Below are positions 1 through 11,600 of a stretch of DNA of 53,498 nucleotides, one piece after another. Origin of the DNA: a virus (Duplodnaviria; Caudoviricetes); IMG/VR virus record IMGVR_UViG_3300046820_000692, positions 1 to 53,498 of that record. One strand, 5' to 3'. The notes under the pieces are model-generated. The model did not search any database. It was not told the DNA's origin and saw only the letters and a program-made list of their open reading frames with translations. The translations under genes and the position numbers were made by a program. Numbering within the stretch: position 1 is the stretch's first letter; each line of letters begins with the position of its first letter.

Positions 1-104
1 AGAGACTAGGGACACTACGGTGAGCCCAAAGCATCCTCCACTTACAATAAAAGTAAGTGATGATATAGTCCGACCCTTATGGAAACATAAGTAAAATGTG
101 ATAG
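1..104 (+). ncRNA. Group I self-splicing intron, 3' part (P7-P7.1-P8-P7'-P9-omegaG); 5' part lies outside the window
   Basis: AGAGACTA (1-8) pairs via GACTA with TAGTC (66-70) in the S-like element GATATAGTCC (P7). CAC-TACG-GTG is a UNCG hairpin (P7.1-like). CACTTAC/GTAAGTG is a perfect stem (39-59, P8). CTTATG-GAAA-CATAAG is a GNRA hairpin (76-91, P9). Terminal G104 directly precedes the in-frame UDG codons CCA TAT CAC (PYH). Confidence 0.9.
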
Positions 105-653
105 CCATATCACAATGGAGCTGCTACCGGCCTTGCATTTGGAGTTAAAGAGGGAATGAAAATTAATCCAAGTCTACGAGTGATACAGAGAGAAATCTGT
201 AGATCTCACGGTATAGATGAATCAGATGCCAAAACAACTGAGTTTGATTATTCATTGTCTCATCTGGCCAAGCAAGGTGTATTGCTATTAAACACTACTC
301 TTACTGTTACTAAAGGTAAGCCAAATTCCCATGAGCAAATCTGGGGCTGGTACACCAAAGGAATTGTTAGAGAGATATGTAATGAGTTAGATGGAGTCAT
401 CTTTTTGTTATGGGGTAAGTTTGCACAGCATGCTTTCGGAGCCATAATCAAAGAAGTGAATTCTTTCCACGACAAATCACATATCATATTTGCTGCATCA
501 CATCCTGCAGCAGAAGTCTATGGAGGTAATGCCAGATTCATTGGGTGTAATCATTTCATTAAAGTTAATGAGATAATTGCAGAGCCAATTGATTGGTTTA
601 AGTTACCAGAGAAAAAGGAGGATGAGTTAGAATCTCAATTTAATTTACTATGA
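105..653 (+). CDS. ung: Uracil-DNA glycosylase (family 1), 3' exon
   Basis: Frame is open from 105: PYHNGAATGLAFG...NPSL...GVLLLNTTLTV...SH..IW...FLLWG...SHPAA...FIGCNHF, all UNG family-1 motifs. The GQD half of the GQDPYH motif is missing and intron sequence sits in its place. The ORF-track start at 156 is an internal Met. Confidence 0.92.
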   Translation, partial: PYHNGAATGLAFGVKEGMKINPSLRVIQREICRSHGIDESDAKTTEFDYSLSHLAKQGVLLLNTTLTVTKGKPNSHEQIWGWYTKGIVREICNELDGVIFLLWGKFAQHAFGAIIKEVNSFHDKSHIIFAASHPAAEVYGGNARFIGCNHFIKVNEIIAEPIDWFKLPEKKEDELESQFNLL

Positions 654-1063
654 ACGATACTGAACAACAGATTAATGCTGTATGCAATCAAATCAAAACA
701 CTCTTACTTTTAAAGAACAAAGCTTACGGGGACTCAGCACTTGAGCCCGTAAGAATCTTTTCGAAGAATAGTTCTATCGATGGACTACTTGTACGAATTG
801 ATGATAAGCTATCTCGAATCAAGAATATGGGGGTTTCTTCAGCAAGTGAAGATACTCTTATGGATTTGATTGGGTACTTAGTTCTTTTGAAGATTCAATT
901 GAATAAAAGTATGAGCAGTGGTTTTGAAGCTATGGCTAAAGAAACTCAGAAGAAAATAGTAGATCAGTTAGGGTTACCAAAGATGCCACCTACCTATTGG
1001 CAAGGTACTCATCATGATATCGATAAGATTCGATACACTAACGGTACTATGACAGGGTATTAA
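650..1063 (+). CDS. DUF1599 / nucleotide-modification-associated domain protein
   Basis: KNKAYGDS...VRIDDKLSRI...EDTLMDLIGYLVL motif pattern; ATGA overlap with the ung stop codon. Confidence 0.75.
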   Translation: MNDTEQQINAVCNQIKTLLLLKNKAYGDSALEPVRIFSKNSSIDGLLVRIDDKLSRIKNMGVSSASEDTLMDLIGYLVLLKIQLNKSMSSGFEAMAKETQKKIVDQLGLPKMPPTYWQGTHHDIDKIRYTNGTMTGY

Positions 1064-1092
1064 AAAGAAAGGGGCTAACGCCCCTTTTTTAT
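1062..1092. terminator. Bidirectional rho-independent terminator between convergent modules
   Basis: AAAAAGAAAGGGGC-TAAC-GCCCCTTTTTT: GC stem flanked by an A tract and a T tract, between convergent stops at 1063 and 1101. Confidence 0.85.
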
Positions 1093-1100
1093 TGCCGTGT

Positions 1101-4100
1101 TTATTGTGTGAAAAACTTGAGTGCTTCTTCTGGACTAAAAGATTTAGAAAGACCATTAGATATTGGTAAAAGCTTGTTACCCATAGCAGCTGTTTTAGAT
1201 TCACCTTTTAAATGTCCATTACTATTTTTTTGGTAGAAAATCTGCTTAGTATCTTCATCGTCTAACTCTACATCAAGTGCTAGTTTTATTCTGTATGGAA
1301 GCTCTTCTGTTAGAAGTTGATCTATCAACAATGCTGCATCTACGATTGGTCGGCTAAGTGCTGTTGGAGATGCAATGAATCTGTAGAATTCTGCTGGATT
1401 CCAAAACTGAGCTAACTCTGCTTGCATTCTCAAAGCTTGATAGGCAAAAAATGCTGTTGCAAATTGATCATCTTCTTCATCGTCGTCATCTAACATTCCA
1501 AGTAGAATGGTACCTATTACAGTTACTGCAACTAACATTGATATTTCTGCAGTAGTTCTTTTAACATTAGGCTTTTCAAAATCTTCAGAAAGCATCTGGT
1601 ATACAGATCCAAATTTAAAACCTTTACTTATTGACTCTCTCATGTACCGTACAAAACTTGTGTACATACCTTCTGTAATCGTATCAGTCTCTGTGTCAAT
1701 GTGTAAGCCAGTACCAATGCCGTATCCGAATCTTCTACGAAGACCTGGTTGGAAATATCTTCTGTACATAGCAAGAGCTTTACCCCACCATCTTCTGTTG
1801 ATTAATGGGTCATCAAAGTCTGTTTTGATTTGGTTAGTCTTCTTGTATACTCCAGATATTAAGTTGATGATGTTTATTTTTTTGTAGTTAGCTACTCTAG
1901 AATCTAGATCCCACTTACCTGTTTTCTCATCTTGTTTGTACAAGTCCCACAGGTTAGCTTCAGAACCATCTTCATTCTTAATAACTTCTCCATTAACATC
2001 TTTCAATTTTCCTTTCAAAGAATCTGCAATTGCTAATCCACGAGTAACAGCAGTTTCATGTTCAGCCATGTGCTGTGCAAAGAATAATGCATCTCTACCC
2101 ATAGCTTTAAAAGCTCTGTTACCAGTCTTTTTAGTTTTGTAGTCATTTAAGGCATCCCCTAAAATATCAAACTCAGCTATGAATCTAGAAAGTTTTGTAT
2201 CCGGGGAGAACTTACCCATATCCTTAACTGTGTCTCCACTAAGAAGCAGCTTTCCGTATGTAAGTTTAGCCCAAGTTAAATTCTTAGCATTAAAGAACTG
2301 CCCAGCTACTGCTTCCTCCATCAACTTTTCGTTATCAATCAAGTACTGGTTACCTGCTTGCAAGAAGTTAAGAGACAATTGATTTAAAGCTGTAAAGGTA
2401 GTAAGCTTGTTAATGATTTTATTACCACTAATAGTTGCATTACCTATGTTGATACTAGATTTGATTTCAGATTCCCCAAAGAAAATCTTATCAATGAATT
2501 CTGATAAGTGTTGGAAGTTATTAGACACTTCTCCTTTACGTCTAGTATGTCTTGTAACTCCTGCTTTACGTGCAGCAGCACTTAAGAATGGAACATTGTT
2601 AGCATTAACTTCAAGCACTTCACGTCGTTCAACGATGTCTCTCATCATGATAACAGCCCCAGTAATCTCAGACTTTCTCTTAAACATGTTTGCCATTCCT
2701 GCATAAAGTACAATAGTACTTCCTATGTCATGGCTTACAAATTTTGCATCTGTAGGGTTGCTGTAAAATACAGGTACAATTTTATTTCGTTGCTCTTTGT
2801 TAGCATTGATAGACATTCCATAAGAGTCGTCCGTTTCTAAGAAACTAAATTCTCTTTTGGCAAAGTGAACAGCTGATTTGAAAACATTATAACTATCCTG
2901 CTGTATTTTTTCTAATCCTTGTGATTCAACAGATGGTACTACGTAAGACACGTCATCCCAATCATTTTTTAAAGGAGTTTGTTTACCTACTATTCTTTGC
3001 TGTCTATGATATACATCTAAGAATCCTTTGTAATATGCACCAGCGGCTCCTATAGGATTTCCTGATGCATCAATTAATTGGCTGTATCTAGGATTAGCAT
3101 AGTTAGAGTTAGGACGTACTGCCATACCCTTGTACTGATCATTCACAGAGTCATAGATTCTTCCAATCTGACTTTTTAAATCGATTATCTGAGCTTCGTA
3201 TGCAATATACAAATCAGGATTAGTACCTTCTACAAGTTTGGCTTTAGCACTTACATCTCTCAATCGTGCAGTCAGCTTATCTTTAAGCAAAGCTCCTTCT
3301 TCAGTTCTTACTGTGTTTCTGTTATACCACTTAGCTACTTCTCTAAAATATGAAACTCCTTTATCGGATTTTTTCCACTCTTTGAATACTTCGTAGTCTA
3401 CGTTCTTAGGCATCTCATATTTTTCAGCCAACGTTTTCCTCATGCTATATTCGTCCTCGTGGAATTTAGTAACATCATAAGGTTGAACAAATGATAAGAT
3501 TTCCATTCGTTTTTTAAATCCTGTTTTAGGATCATCTACGTAGTAAACTTGAGTCTCTAAAATTTCAGAGTTAAACTTCTTAGGATCTATATCAGTTCCT
3601 TTGTAGTTTGCGTACTCTCTATAGATTGGAGCAAGCTCGTCTATTATTTCTCTTGTATCAGCTGAAGCTTGGTACAGTTTATTTTTAACCATGCTTCCGA
3701 ATAACTGCAGAGTAACTTGAGTAGAGTACATCAATGGGTCCATGTAGACAGAGTAGCCACTCTTGTCTGTCTGAGCTTCACGTAATTCATTTAATAGAGT
3801 TTCTCTTCCAAGTTTTTTGTTTTCAAGTTGCTCTATGTTTAACTCTATAAGTTCGTTTTCGTACTCTTCTTTAGTCAGCTCATCTTCTTGGAATCTTTTC
3901 TTTAAAGCATCATACTTTTCATCTTTTATAATTGATATCAATCTTCGATTGGTCTTTATATTATCAATTGTATTTTGAAGTAAGCTGTCAATTTCTGGAG
4001 TAACATAGTCAAGTAAAATATCTACTTGTACTTCTAATCCAATCTTGTTGTAGATCTTCTGTTGTCTCTTTAAGCTTTTAATTAAGTCTGCAACTTTCTC

Positions 4101-5594
4101 CTCCATCTCAGTAAGCTTAGAGCTTTCTTTACCTTGTCTACCTAAAGTATCTTTCTTTTCTAGAATAGACTCTTCAATCTGAGATAGGACACTTCTTTCC
4201 CCACCCCCAAGTAAATCTTTAATAAGGTTACCTACATTGAGCATGTCTCTTTGGATAGCAAATTTATCGTCTTCTGATAAATCTTTAATGGTATCTTTTT
4301 GAGCCACTACAGCATTCAAGGATTCTCTGTTCAATTTAACAGCTCGATTCAAGTAGTCTAAGAAGTTTGAGAAGTCTTCAATCTTTTTAACTTCTCTCAT
4401 TGTCTTAATGTGAGCTCGTAAGTTAGCAATGACTTCGTCATTCTTAACAGGCATCGACTCAAACTTATCTAACTGTACTTGCAAAGTTTCTGACACAGCT
4501 CCTACCATGTCTCTGAAGTCTTTAAGCTTTGCATCTATAGCTCTACTCTCTTGTATCTCTTCACTTAGTTCTCCAGTAAGTTCTCTAGTATCCAGCTTTT
4601 TGCTTAACAGTTTGTCTACTAAAAGTTCTAAGGCATCATCGTTTAGCTTAAACTCATTTTTTATAGCTCTGAGTAACTTTCTAATGATAGTAAGTAACTT
4701 ATCTTTAGAATTTGCTGGAGCTGTTCTTAAAGCAGCTTTCATACCGATAGCAGTTACCAAAGCTTCTTTTAAAATAAACTCGTCAGACTTGTCTGAGTAC
4801 AATTCTCTAATTTGTCTGTAAAGTTCTGTCTCCAGTATCATCTTGGAAGCTTCCTTTACAAGCTTGTTGTTCTCTCCTAATAAATCTATAAGTATGTGTG
4901 CAAACTCATGGTAGTGAGTATCTTCTGCCATTATTGTGGGGTTAAGTTTTATCTCAACAAGATTATCCTCTACCTTTTCCACCGTTCCTTTTTGACTCAT
5001 CTTTGAATCAAACCTTACTTTTACATTTATTCCAGCTGATGCAAAAGTTTCTTTCAAATGCTTAAGCTGTTCTTCAACAGTAGGGGTTACTGTAAATTTA
5101 TCTCTCTTAGCTTCTGCAGCTGATTGTTCTACGGTTCTTAAAGATGTATCTCTTTCTGGCCTTGCAATAGTTTTGTTTGCTCGATTCTGTCTAACTACTT
5201 CTTTTAATCTGTCATCAGACATTGTAGGGATAGTAATTTCTCTGGCAGCTGAGTATACTTCAGTGTTAAGTATATCATCATTAAACTCTAGAGATATTCT
5301 ATTATTTGATAATTGAGAAGCTGAAAACAATGGCATACCAAAGTGTCTAGCAATAGTGCTATTCACAATGTTTACCATGTTATTAGGGTCAGACAATTTA
5401 CCCTTTGCTATAAACGTACCGTTAGCCGTTACTGTAAAAGTCTCTGGGAACCCATCAAGTAAAGCATACTTAACGATCTTTTCATTAGAACTTTGAGTAG
5501 TTTTTTCAGCCTCTACAGCATTGAATAGATTTTCAAATCTAATAGATCTAGTAGGATGCTCTTGTCCAAAGGTTTCGTAAACTTTACAGGCCAT
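1101..5594 (-). CDS. Giant virion cargo/ejection protein with zincin-like HEXXH motif and C-terminal hydrophobic helix
   Basis: About 1497 aa from ATG 5594 (ORF track starts at GTG 5600). HEFAH at 4896-4910 followed by EALVTAIG; hydrophobic ISMLVAVTVIGTILLGML near the C-terminus; last gene of the vRNAP-associated trio. Confidence 0.75.
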   Translation of the reverse strand: MACKVYETFGQEHPTRSIRFENLFNAVEAEKTTQSSNEKIVKYALLDGFPETFTVTANGTFIAKGKLSDPNNMVNIVNSTIARHFGMPLFSASQLSNNRISLEFNDDILNTEVYSAAREITIPTMSDDRLKEVVRQNRANKTIARPERDTSLRTVEQSAAEAKRDKFTVTPTVEEQLKHLKETFASAGINVKVRFDSKMSQKGTVEKVEDNLVEIKLNPTIMAEDTHYHEFAHILIDLLGENNKLVKEASKMILETELYRQIRELYSDKSDEFILKEALVTAIGMKAALRTAPANSKDKLLTIIRKLLRAIKNEFKLNDDALELLVDKLLSKKLDTRELTGELSEEIQESRAIDAKLKDFRDMVGAVSETLQVQLDKFESMPVKNDEVIANLRAHIKTMREVKKIEDFSNFLDYLNRAVKLNRESLNAVVAQKDTIKDLSEDDKFAIQRDMLNVGNLIKDLLGGGERSVLSQIEESILEKKDTLGRQGKESSKLTEMEEKVADLIKSLKRQQKIYNKIGLEVQVDILLDYVTPEIDSLLQNTIDNIKTNRRLISIIKDEKYDALKKRFQEDELTKEEYENELIELNIEQLENKKLGRETLLNELREAQTDKSGYSVYMDPLMYSTQVTLQLFGSMVKNKLYQASADTREIIDELAPIYREYANYKGTDIDPKKFNSEILETQVYYVDDPKTGFKKRMEILSFVQPYDVTKFHEDEYSMRKTLAEKYEMPKNVDYEVFKEWKKSDKGVSYFREVAKWYNRNTVRTEEGALLKDKLTARLRDVSAKAKLVEGTNPDLYIAYEAQIIDLKSQIGRIYDSVNDQYKGMAVRPNSNYANPRYSQLIDASGNPIGAAGAYYKGFLDVYHRQQRIVGKQTPLKNDWDDVSYVVPSVESQGLEKIQQDSYNVFKSAVHFAKREFSFLETDDSYGMSINANKEQRNKIVPVFYSNPTDAKFVSHDIGSTIVLYAGMANMFKRKSEITGAVIMMRDIVERREVLEVNANNVPFLSAAARKAGVTRHTRRKGEVSNNFQHLSEFIDKIFFGESEIKSSINIGNATISGNKIINKLTTFTALNQLSLNFLQAGNQYLIDNEKLMEEAVAGQFFNAKNLTWAKLTYGKLLLSGDTVKDMGKFSPDTKLSRFIAEFDILGDALNDYKTKKTGNRAFKAMGRDALFFAQHMAEHETAVTRGLAIADSLKGKLKDVNGEVIKNEDGSEANLWDLYKQDEKTGKWDLDSRVANYKKINIINLISGVYKKTNQIKTDFDDPLINRRWWGKALAMYRRYFQPGLRRRFGYGIGTGLHIDTETDTITEGMYTSFVRYMRESISKGFKFGSVYQMLSEDFEKPNVKRTTAEISMLVAVTVIGTILLGMLDDDDEEDDQFATAFFAYQALRMQAELAQFWNPAEFYRFIASPTALSRPIVDAALLIDQLLTEELPYRIKLALDVELDDEDTKQIFYQKNSNGHLKGESKTAAMGNKLLPISNGLSKSFSPEEALKFFTQ

Positions 5595-5606
5595 ATTCAC
5601 TTATTT

Positions 5607-8600
5607 TTATAACATACATAGCTGAGCTACATCATTAGTTGATTCTTTATTAACAGAAGCATCGTAAATTAACTGAGCTAAACTAAGAGCTTCGTTTATT
5701 GGAACGTCGTTACCAATAGTTTTTATATTCAAGAAGTCTCCACCTACGATATGCTTTTTGTTATTATTAACTTTTCGTAAAGATAGGTATTTTGCAGTAG
5801 AATTTTTATTACTGTAGGTGCTATCATCCATAATATATACATCAGTCTTACCTTTATCATCTCTAAGGATTAATATTTTAGGTACGTTTTTTCCGTATTT
5901 CTTAATGGGAACATTAACTTCAGGTTTCAAAAGTTTACCTGCTGCTAAATTACTTCTTTCTACTAAGTTACTTCCTCCAGGACGTATTTCACCAAAAATT
6001 CTGAAGAATCTTATCAAATCTTCCCCTGTAAAGTATGAACTGTTTTGCATCTTCATGCTTTGCTCATGCATATACTCAGCAATGCTTATAGGTTTTAACT
6101 CTTTTCCTTGTGTATCTAATTTCCCTATACGATCTAAAGGTTGGGTATAGAAATTTGCAGGAAGTAAATCTGCAAAGTTATATGCAGAAGTTCTAAATCC
6201 GTTGCTGATAAAGGTGTGCATAGCTATCTTGAATCCAAAAGTTCTGATTTGATCTGCTTTTGCTTTGTAAGATTTCTTTTCTTCTTCTGATGCAGTTCTG
6301 CTTAACTTCCCTAAGTAAGCTTCTGGTCTGTACAAAAGATTAGTTAAGTCATCTTTTATACGTTGCTTTTCTTTTGGGGCATATTGTTGAGTAGCATCAA
6401 AGTTTAGAGTTCTGAATCCTTTAAACTTAACATTATCATTGTCAGCTTTAATTTTAGATAGAAACTCGTTAGCTCTTAGGTTTGGGAATTTTTTAACAAT
6501 GTTATCTAGTTCCCCTAAAAGTGTAAGACTATTTTTACTTGGCTTGTAGGTAGCATCGCTGTAAGCTTTATCAAAGTAAACTCGTAATGGAGAGTCTGGT
6601 CTAGATAAGACGGTAAACATGATTGCAGGATTAACTTCTCTGTGCATATCTGCTGTGAGATTTTCCTTACCTATCATAGCTTTTACAGTTTTCTTAAAGC
6701 TCTTTACTTGAGAAGATAAAGTCATTGGGAACAATATGCTTGCTACATCCAATGTTTCTTGTATCATTTTGTAATAGCCTCTTGAAAGTCCGTATGCAGA
6801 ATCTTCATCTAAAATTTGTTCTACTACATTCTCATCCATAGATCTACCATAGAATGCAATAGGAGCTCTTTGGAATTTACCTTCTGCAGGATTCATGAAT
6901 CTATCTTTTCTTTCTAAGAAAGCTTGCATAGATTCAATTCTATTCAAACCATCCATAGTATCAGGAGTAATTACTTTAAAGAATTCTTTAAGCTGTTGAC
7001 CAGCTGCATAGAATTTCATAAAGTTTGACAATGCAGTTGCTGGACTTACTTTAAAATCCGTAATAGCTTGTCTATTCATTGATTTAGTTTTCTCAATGTC
7101 CTTGTAGTTAGGAGGAAGTGTAGTACCTGTGGTATCTATATTAAACTCTTCTGCAACTGCACGGTATGCATTGTTGATTTGAGTTAAATTTGAACCATAG
7201 TTAATTGACATGATATCTACAAATCTTCTTATGATTGGTTGATTTAAGAAATCATGTAAAAGCTTTGTATCCCCAAAAAAGTTAATCCAATAGTTCTCTA
7301 CAGGGAATGTAATTATGTTGTCATTGATAACATATTGCAATGGATCTTTTGTGGTATCTACAGCAGCTGATAAATAACGGCTGACAATTTTATCTGTAAC
7401 AACGTTATTATCATAAGTAGCATTTTCATTTTTAACTTTAGATAGCAACTTTGTATTTATAACTTCTCCTTCAATCTTTACTGCAAAACTGTCAAAGACA
7501 TTTACTTCTAAGTTTGTAGCTACGTTACGACCGGCCAGTGCATTTGCCCATAGTCCTCTTAGTTTAACCCCTAAAAGATTTCTGATTGAACTTTGAGTTT
7601 CATATTCTCCTCCTGTCCACAATCGGCTAATAGCTAGCTCTGGTCTTCTTTCTATTAATGAATTACGAATAGATGGAAGAGCTGTTGAATCCAAAGGACT
7701 TAAAGTTTCTAAGAAGTGATGAGAGCTAGATAAAACAGCTTCTATTGTATCTAGCATTACATTGTTTAGTTGAGCATCTGATATACCTTTTAGCTTACTT
7801 AAATCTCTGTATACTTCCTCGTAATCAGCAGTTGCTTTAGCCATTACAGTAGTAGTGATAGTGCTTCCGTCAGGGTTTGTAATTGTAACTTGTCTCTCCT
7901 CTAACTCTGGGAAAAGCAAAAACATTTTATCGACGTCAAAGTCAGATCCCATTAACTGTGCTAGCTGTGGTGGAACTATTATCGATTTCTCATGATTCTT
8001 TGGCAAGATAGCTTTGATCCTAAACATGATCATAGATGCCTTATCTTGGTTAGGGATACGGTAGGCAAATAACTTTCTTAAAGATTCTGGAATTTCATCA
8101 AGTGAATATTCTCCTTCAGGAAGGTTAAACTTTCTTAGTACATCTTCACGAACCATTATTTCAGCAGACGATAATCTTAGTCCACTTTTATTCTTAGGAT
8201 TGTTATGAGGTACAATTTCTAAGAACTGCAAAGTATCTAAAGTTCCAACATCATCTTTAGTAATTTTCATAGCTCCTAGAGTACTTGCTTGAACAGCCTC
8301 GTAGCCTGGGAGTCTTTGCTTAAATACATTGTTGTTGTATATGCTAAGCAATGATGATTGGAACTTTCTTCCAAATACTGGGAAGTCTAACGGTATAGAG
8401 AACTTAGGTATTCCTGTAGTCGGATCGATAGTAATGTTTAAAGCTTCAAGATAGTTTTCACTTACATCTGCTTCTACTACTTGTCTTTCTATAATACCTC
8501 TAAGCCTCTGCATAAGCTTCAACTTAGCATCTTTGAATTCCTGAGTTTTTAAAATCTCATCTATTACAACTTTGCCCTTTTTATTTGTAGCATTTTTAAG

Positions 8601-11600
8601 TTGCTCAACGATCTTTTTAAATTCTGTTAATCCGATCTCTTCGTTTACTGTTGCTATGTCTCTGTTGATTCTTTCTTCAATAGCTGCATGATACATGGCA
8701 AGCATTGACTTTCCAGAGATAGTAGTCTCCTTCAAAAAGTTTCTAGGATCTTCTTCCATACCAGCATTTAAGAAGTATATGTTAGAAGGATCTACGTTAG
8801 CAATAGCATTCTTCTTTGCTTGTCTATTGAATATTGCAGTTAGCTCTTTCTTAGATTCTGGGATGATTTGTGGGAATCTAAGTTTACTTGTATCATGAGT
8901 AGCAAGAACAATATCAGTTAGGCTTCCTGGTACATGCTGACCTTTTGCATCTAGCTTTGTTTTAAAGTCGTACACATTAGCAACTAATGTTTTCTTAGCA
9001 GAAAGAGCATGTGCTACTGATATTTTAGGAAGACCTGTATTTGCATATGGACTGCCAATCTCCAAAGGATTCATTTCCAATCTTTGTCTTAAGTCGTCAA
9101 GGATTGGGAATCTTTCTGTGTGTTCTTTTAATGCTACGAAGTAAGCAGTTTTATGAGTTTCAGCAACAGTAACTCCACTTACATTTTTTAAATCTTCAAA
9201 GTAAGGTTTCATAGGAAGTACAGGCACATGATCTCCAATAGATGCTCCTGGAGGAAGTTTCTTTGCATATTGTGCAAGACCTTCTTCACTCATAGGAACT
9301 CTAGGCCCATAGATAAATCTTCCTGTTTTATTATAGTTAAGGTAAGCATCTTCATGATACTCTTTCCATAACCCACGTCCTTGCATTATACTTCTATAAA
9401 AATCCATAGAGATTATTGCAAAAGCATTTGTCTCTTCAAATTCACCTGGATTATATCCGTATAAATCTTTAAGATCTTCTTCAGTATAAAGTCTTTGACC
9501 TTTAGAGTTTACCATGTTTCTTAAAGTGTTCACAGTTCTTGACACATAGTCTTGAGCTGCTTCTTTAATTGCTTGAGTAATATCTAATCTAGGGTCTAAG
9601 AATGTAAAGTCAGTAAAAGTAGGATCGGCTCCATAAGATTCTGACATCCATGTAACTTTGTTCCCTGCCTCTTTAGCTGATAGTGTATTTTTAATTCCCA
9701 ATTTTACCCCAGGAGTAGAAAGCAATCTTTGACGTTTTGTAAAGTCATCATTGTTTTTAAACAATGCTCTGTTACCTCTAGTCATTTTGATTATCTCATT
9801 TCTTCCTAAGTCTTCGTGAACTAAAAAGTCTTTCATCATTTTTACCATTGCTTCTCTTCTAGACTCTCTGGTAATTCCTTTTCCTTTATCTACTAATGTT
9901 CCCCACTTCTGCAAATCTTTCTTTCCAATTTCTAACCCTCTATCAGCCTCTAATATTTTATCAGCTAGAGATTCTGCCATGTTGTTGTAAAATTTACCCA
10001 AGTCAGCAGTCATTCTCTTCAACTCGATTTCATACAGCTTTAAAGTTTTATCTAAAGGAATATTGTTCTTCTTGTATTCAAGATATCTTTTAGTCTCTCC
10101 TGACATTTTTTTAATTACACCGTCAGTCTTTAAGACTACGTCTGTAACAATTCTTTCATTGTTCTCGTAGATACCGTCAAACTGCATGTACTCACTTGAG
10201 ATACCTCTATTAGCTCCAGATGTATATCCTTCTAATTTTACTGCATTAGGATCATCAATGATCTGTTGAGCTTTATCTATACGTAAAAAGTCTTCTAAGA
10301 TTCCTCTTTGAAATACTTCAGCATAGCTTTTAAGATTTAAATTAGGATCGTCATGCCCTTTGATTCTAGGCATAGGTAAGAAGTCTGTACTAGTTCTATC
10401 TCCTGCTGCAGGGATTACTACTTTACAATATTTCTTATCTCCATTGTTTAGATACTCTTGAATTCTAGCTAACACAGCTGTTATTTCATCAAAGTCTTCA
10501 TAATCTGTTGCATCGTCGTGACGATCTTTAACAGCATCTACAGTAGGTACTTTAAAATTTTGTGCAAACTCTGGGTTGTGAAGCAAGTGTCTAAACAAAT
10601 GGCTTAACCCTAGCTCGTTGCTGTATACAAAAACATCTTGTTTATAAAATTGCAAAGCATCTGTACCATTCTTTTCAATATCTCTTTTAATATTCTGAAC
10701 AATATCATCCAAAGGTCTGGTTAAGTTGGTAGGATTCATTAATGAACCTGTAGCACTTACAAAACTTTCTGACGTTTTACTTAAAAATAATGGAGTAAGT
10801 TCTGATAAAAATTTAACCCCTGATCCTTCAATATCAAAATAAGGAATAACTGGAGCAGGTGAATTTCCAAATGTAAGTTGATTCTTTAAAACAGAAAAGT
10901 TTACTACTCCTTTACGTACCATTGAGAATAAACTACCATTAGTTACAATGTAATCGTACAAGTCTTTACCATCTCTTAGTACTGTCTTGGATTTTGTTTT
11001 TACATAGATACCCTTGTCAATAATGTTTTGTAGATTTTTGATAGTATCTTGTATATCAGATTTGTTACCTAGGTTCATACCTAACTCCCAAATCAAACTT
11101 GCTAAACTAATTACTGCTCTAGACGGAGTCCCATCTTCATTTGATTTAAATCTTACTTGTTCTTTAGAAGATATTGCAGATTGTACTCTTTCAAGAGCAA
11201 CTTTAATTCTTTCTACTTTTGCTTTTTTAAGACTGAATGTAGCTATCTCAGACTCTTCATCAAAGTTCTTTACATACAAAGCTCTATTTAATTCTGAAGT
11301 ATCATACTCTTGGCCCCCTACTTCCACTGCTTGCTCTCTCCATTGAGATGCAAGTTTAGACTGTGTTGTTAGGGTATTGGCATTTATTACTTTAGAATCT
11401 TCCCCAAGTATAATTAAATCAAAGTCTCGTATTGTATTAGAGAATGCACTGAACAAAAGTGCTCTATCATCAGCAGGTAATGTGTCAATTTTTGTACTAA
11501 TAGATAGGTAGTCTGGACGATGTCTTGCATAGTTCTTCAACTTTATCTCCATATCTATGAAGTCTTGAGAATCTGCCCACAACTCTAAAAGCTGCTTATA

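Noticed and set aside
102-104. TAG before PYH as evidence of amber-to-Gln recoding or a pseudogene
   Set aside because: The motif needs Asp at that position, the upstream frame is not UNG-like, and the region folds as a group I intron. All long genes are open in the standard code.
156-653. ORF-track start at ATG 156 as the true ung start
   Set aside because: Conserved UNG residues (PYH...GLAF) continue in frame upstream to 105, so this is a 3' exon.
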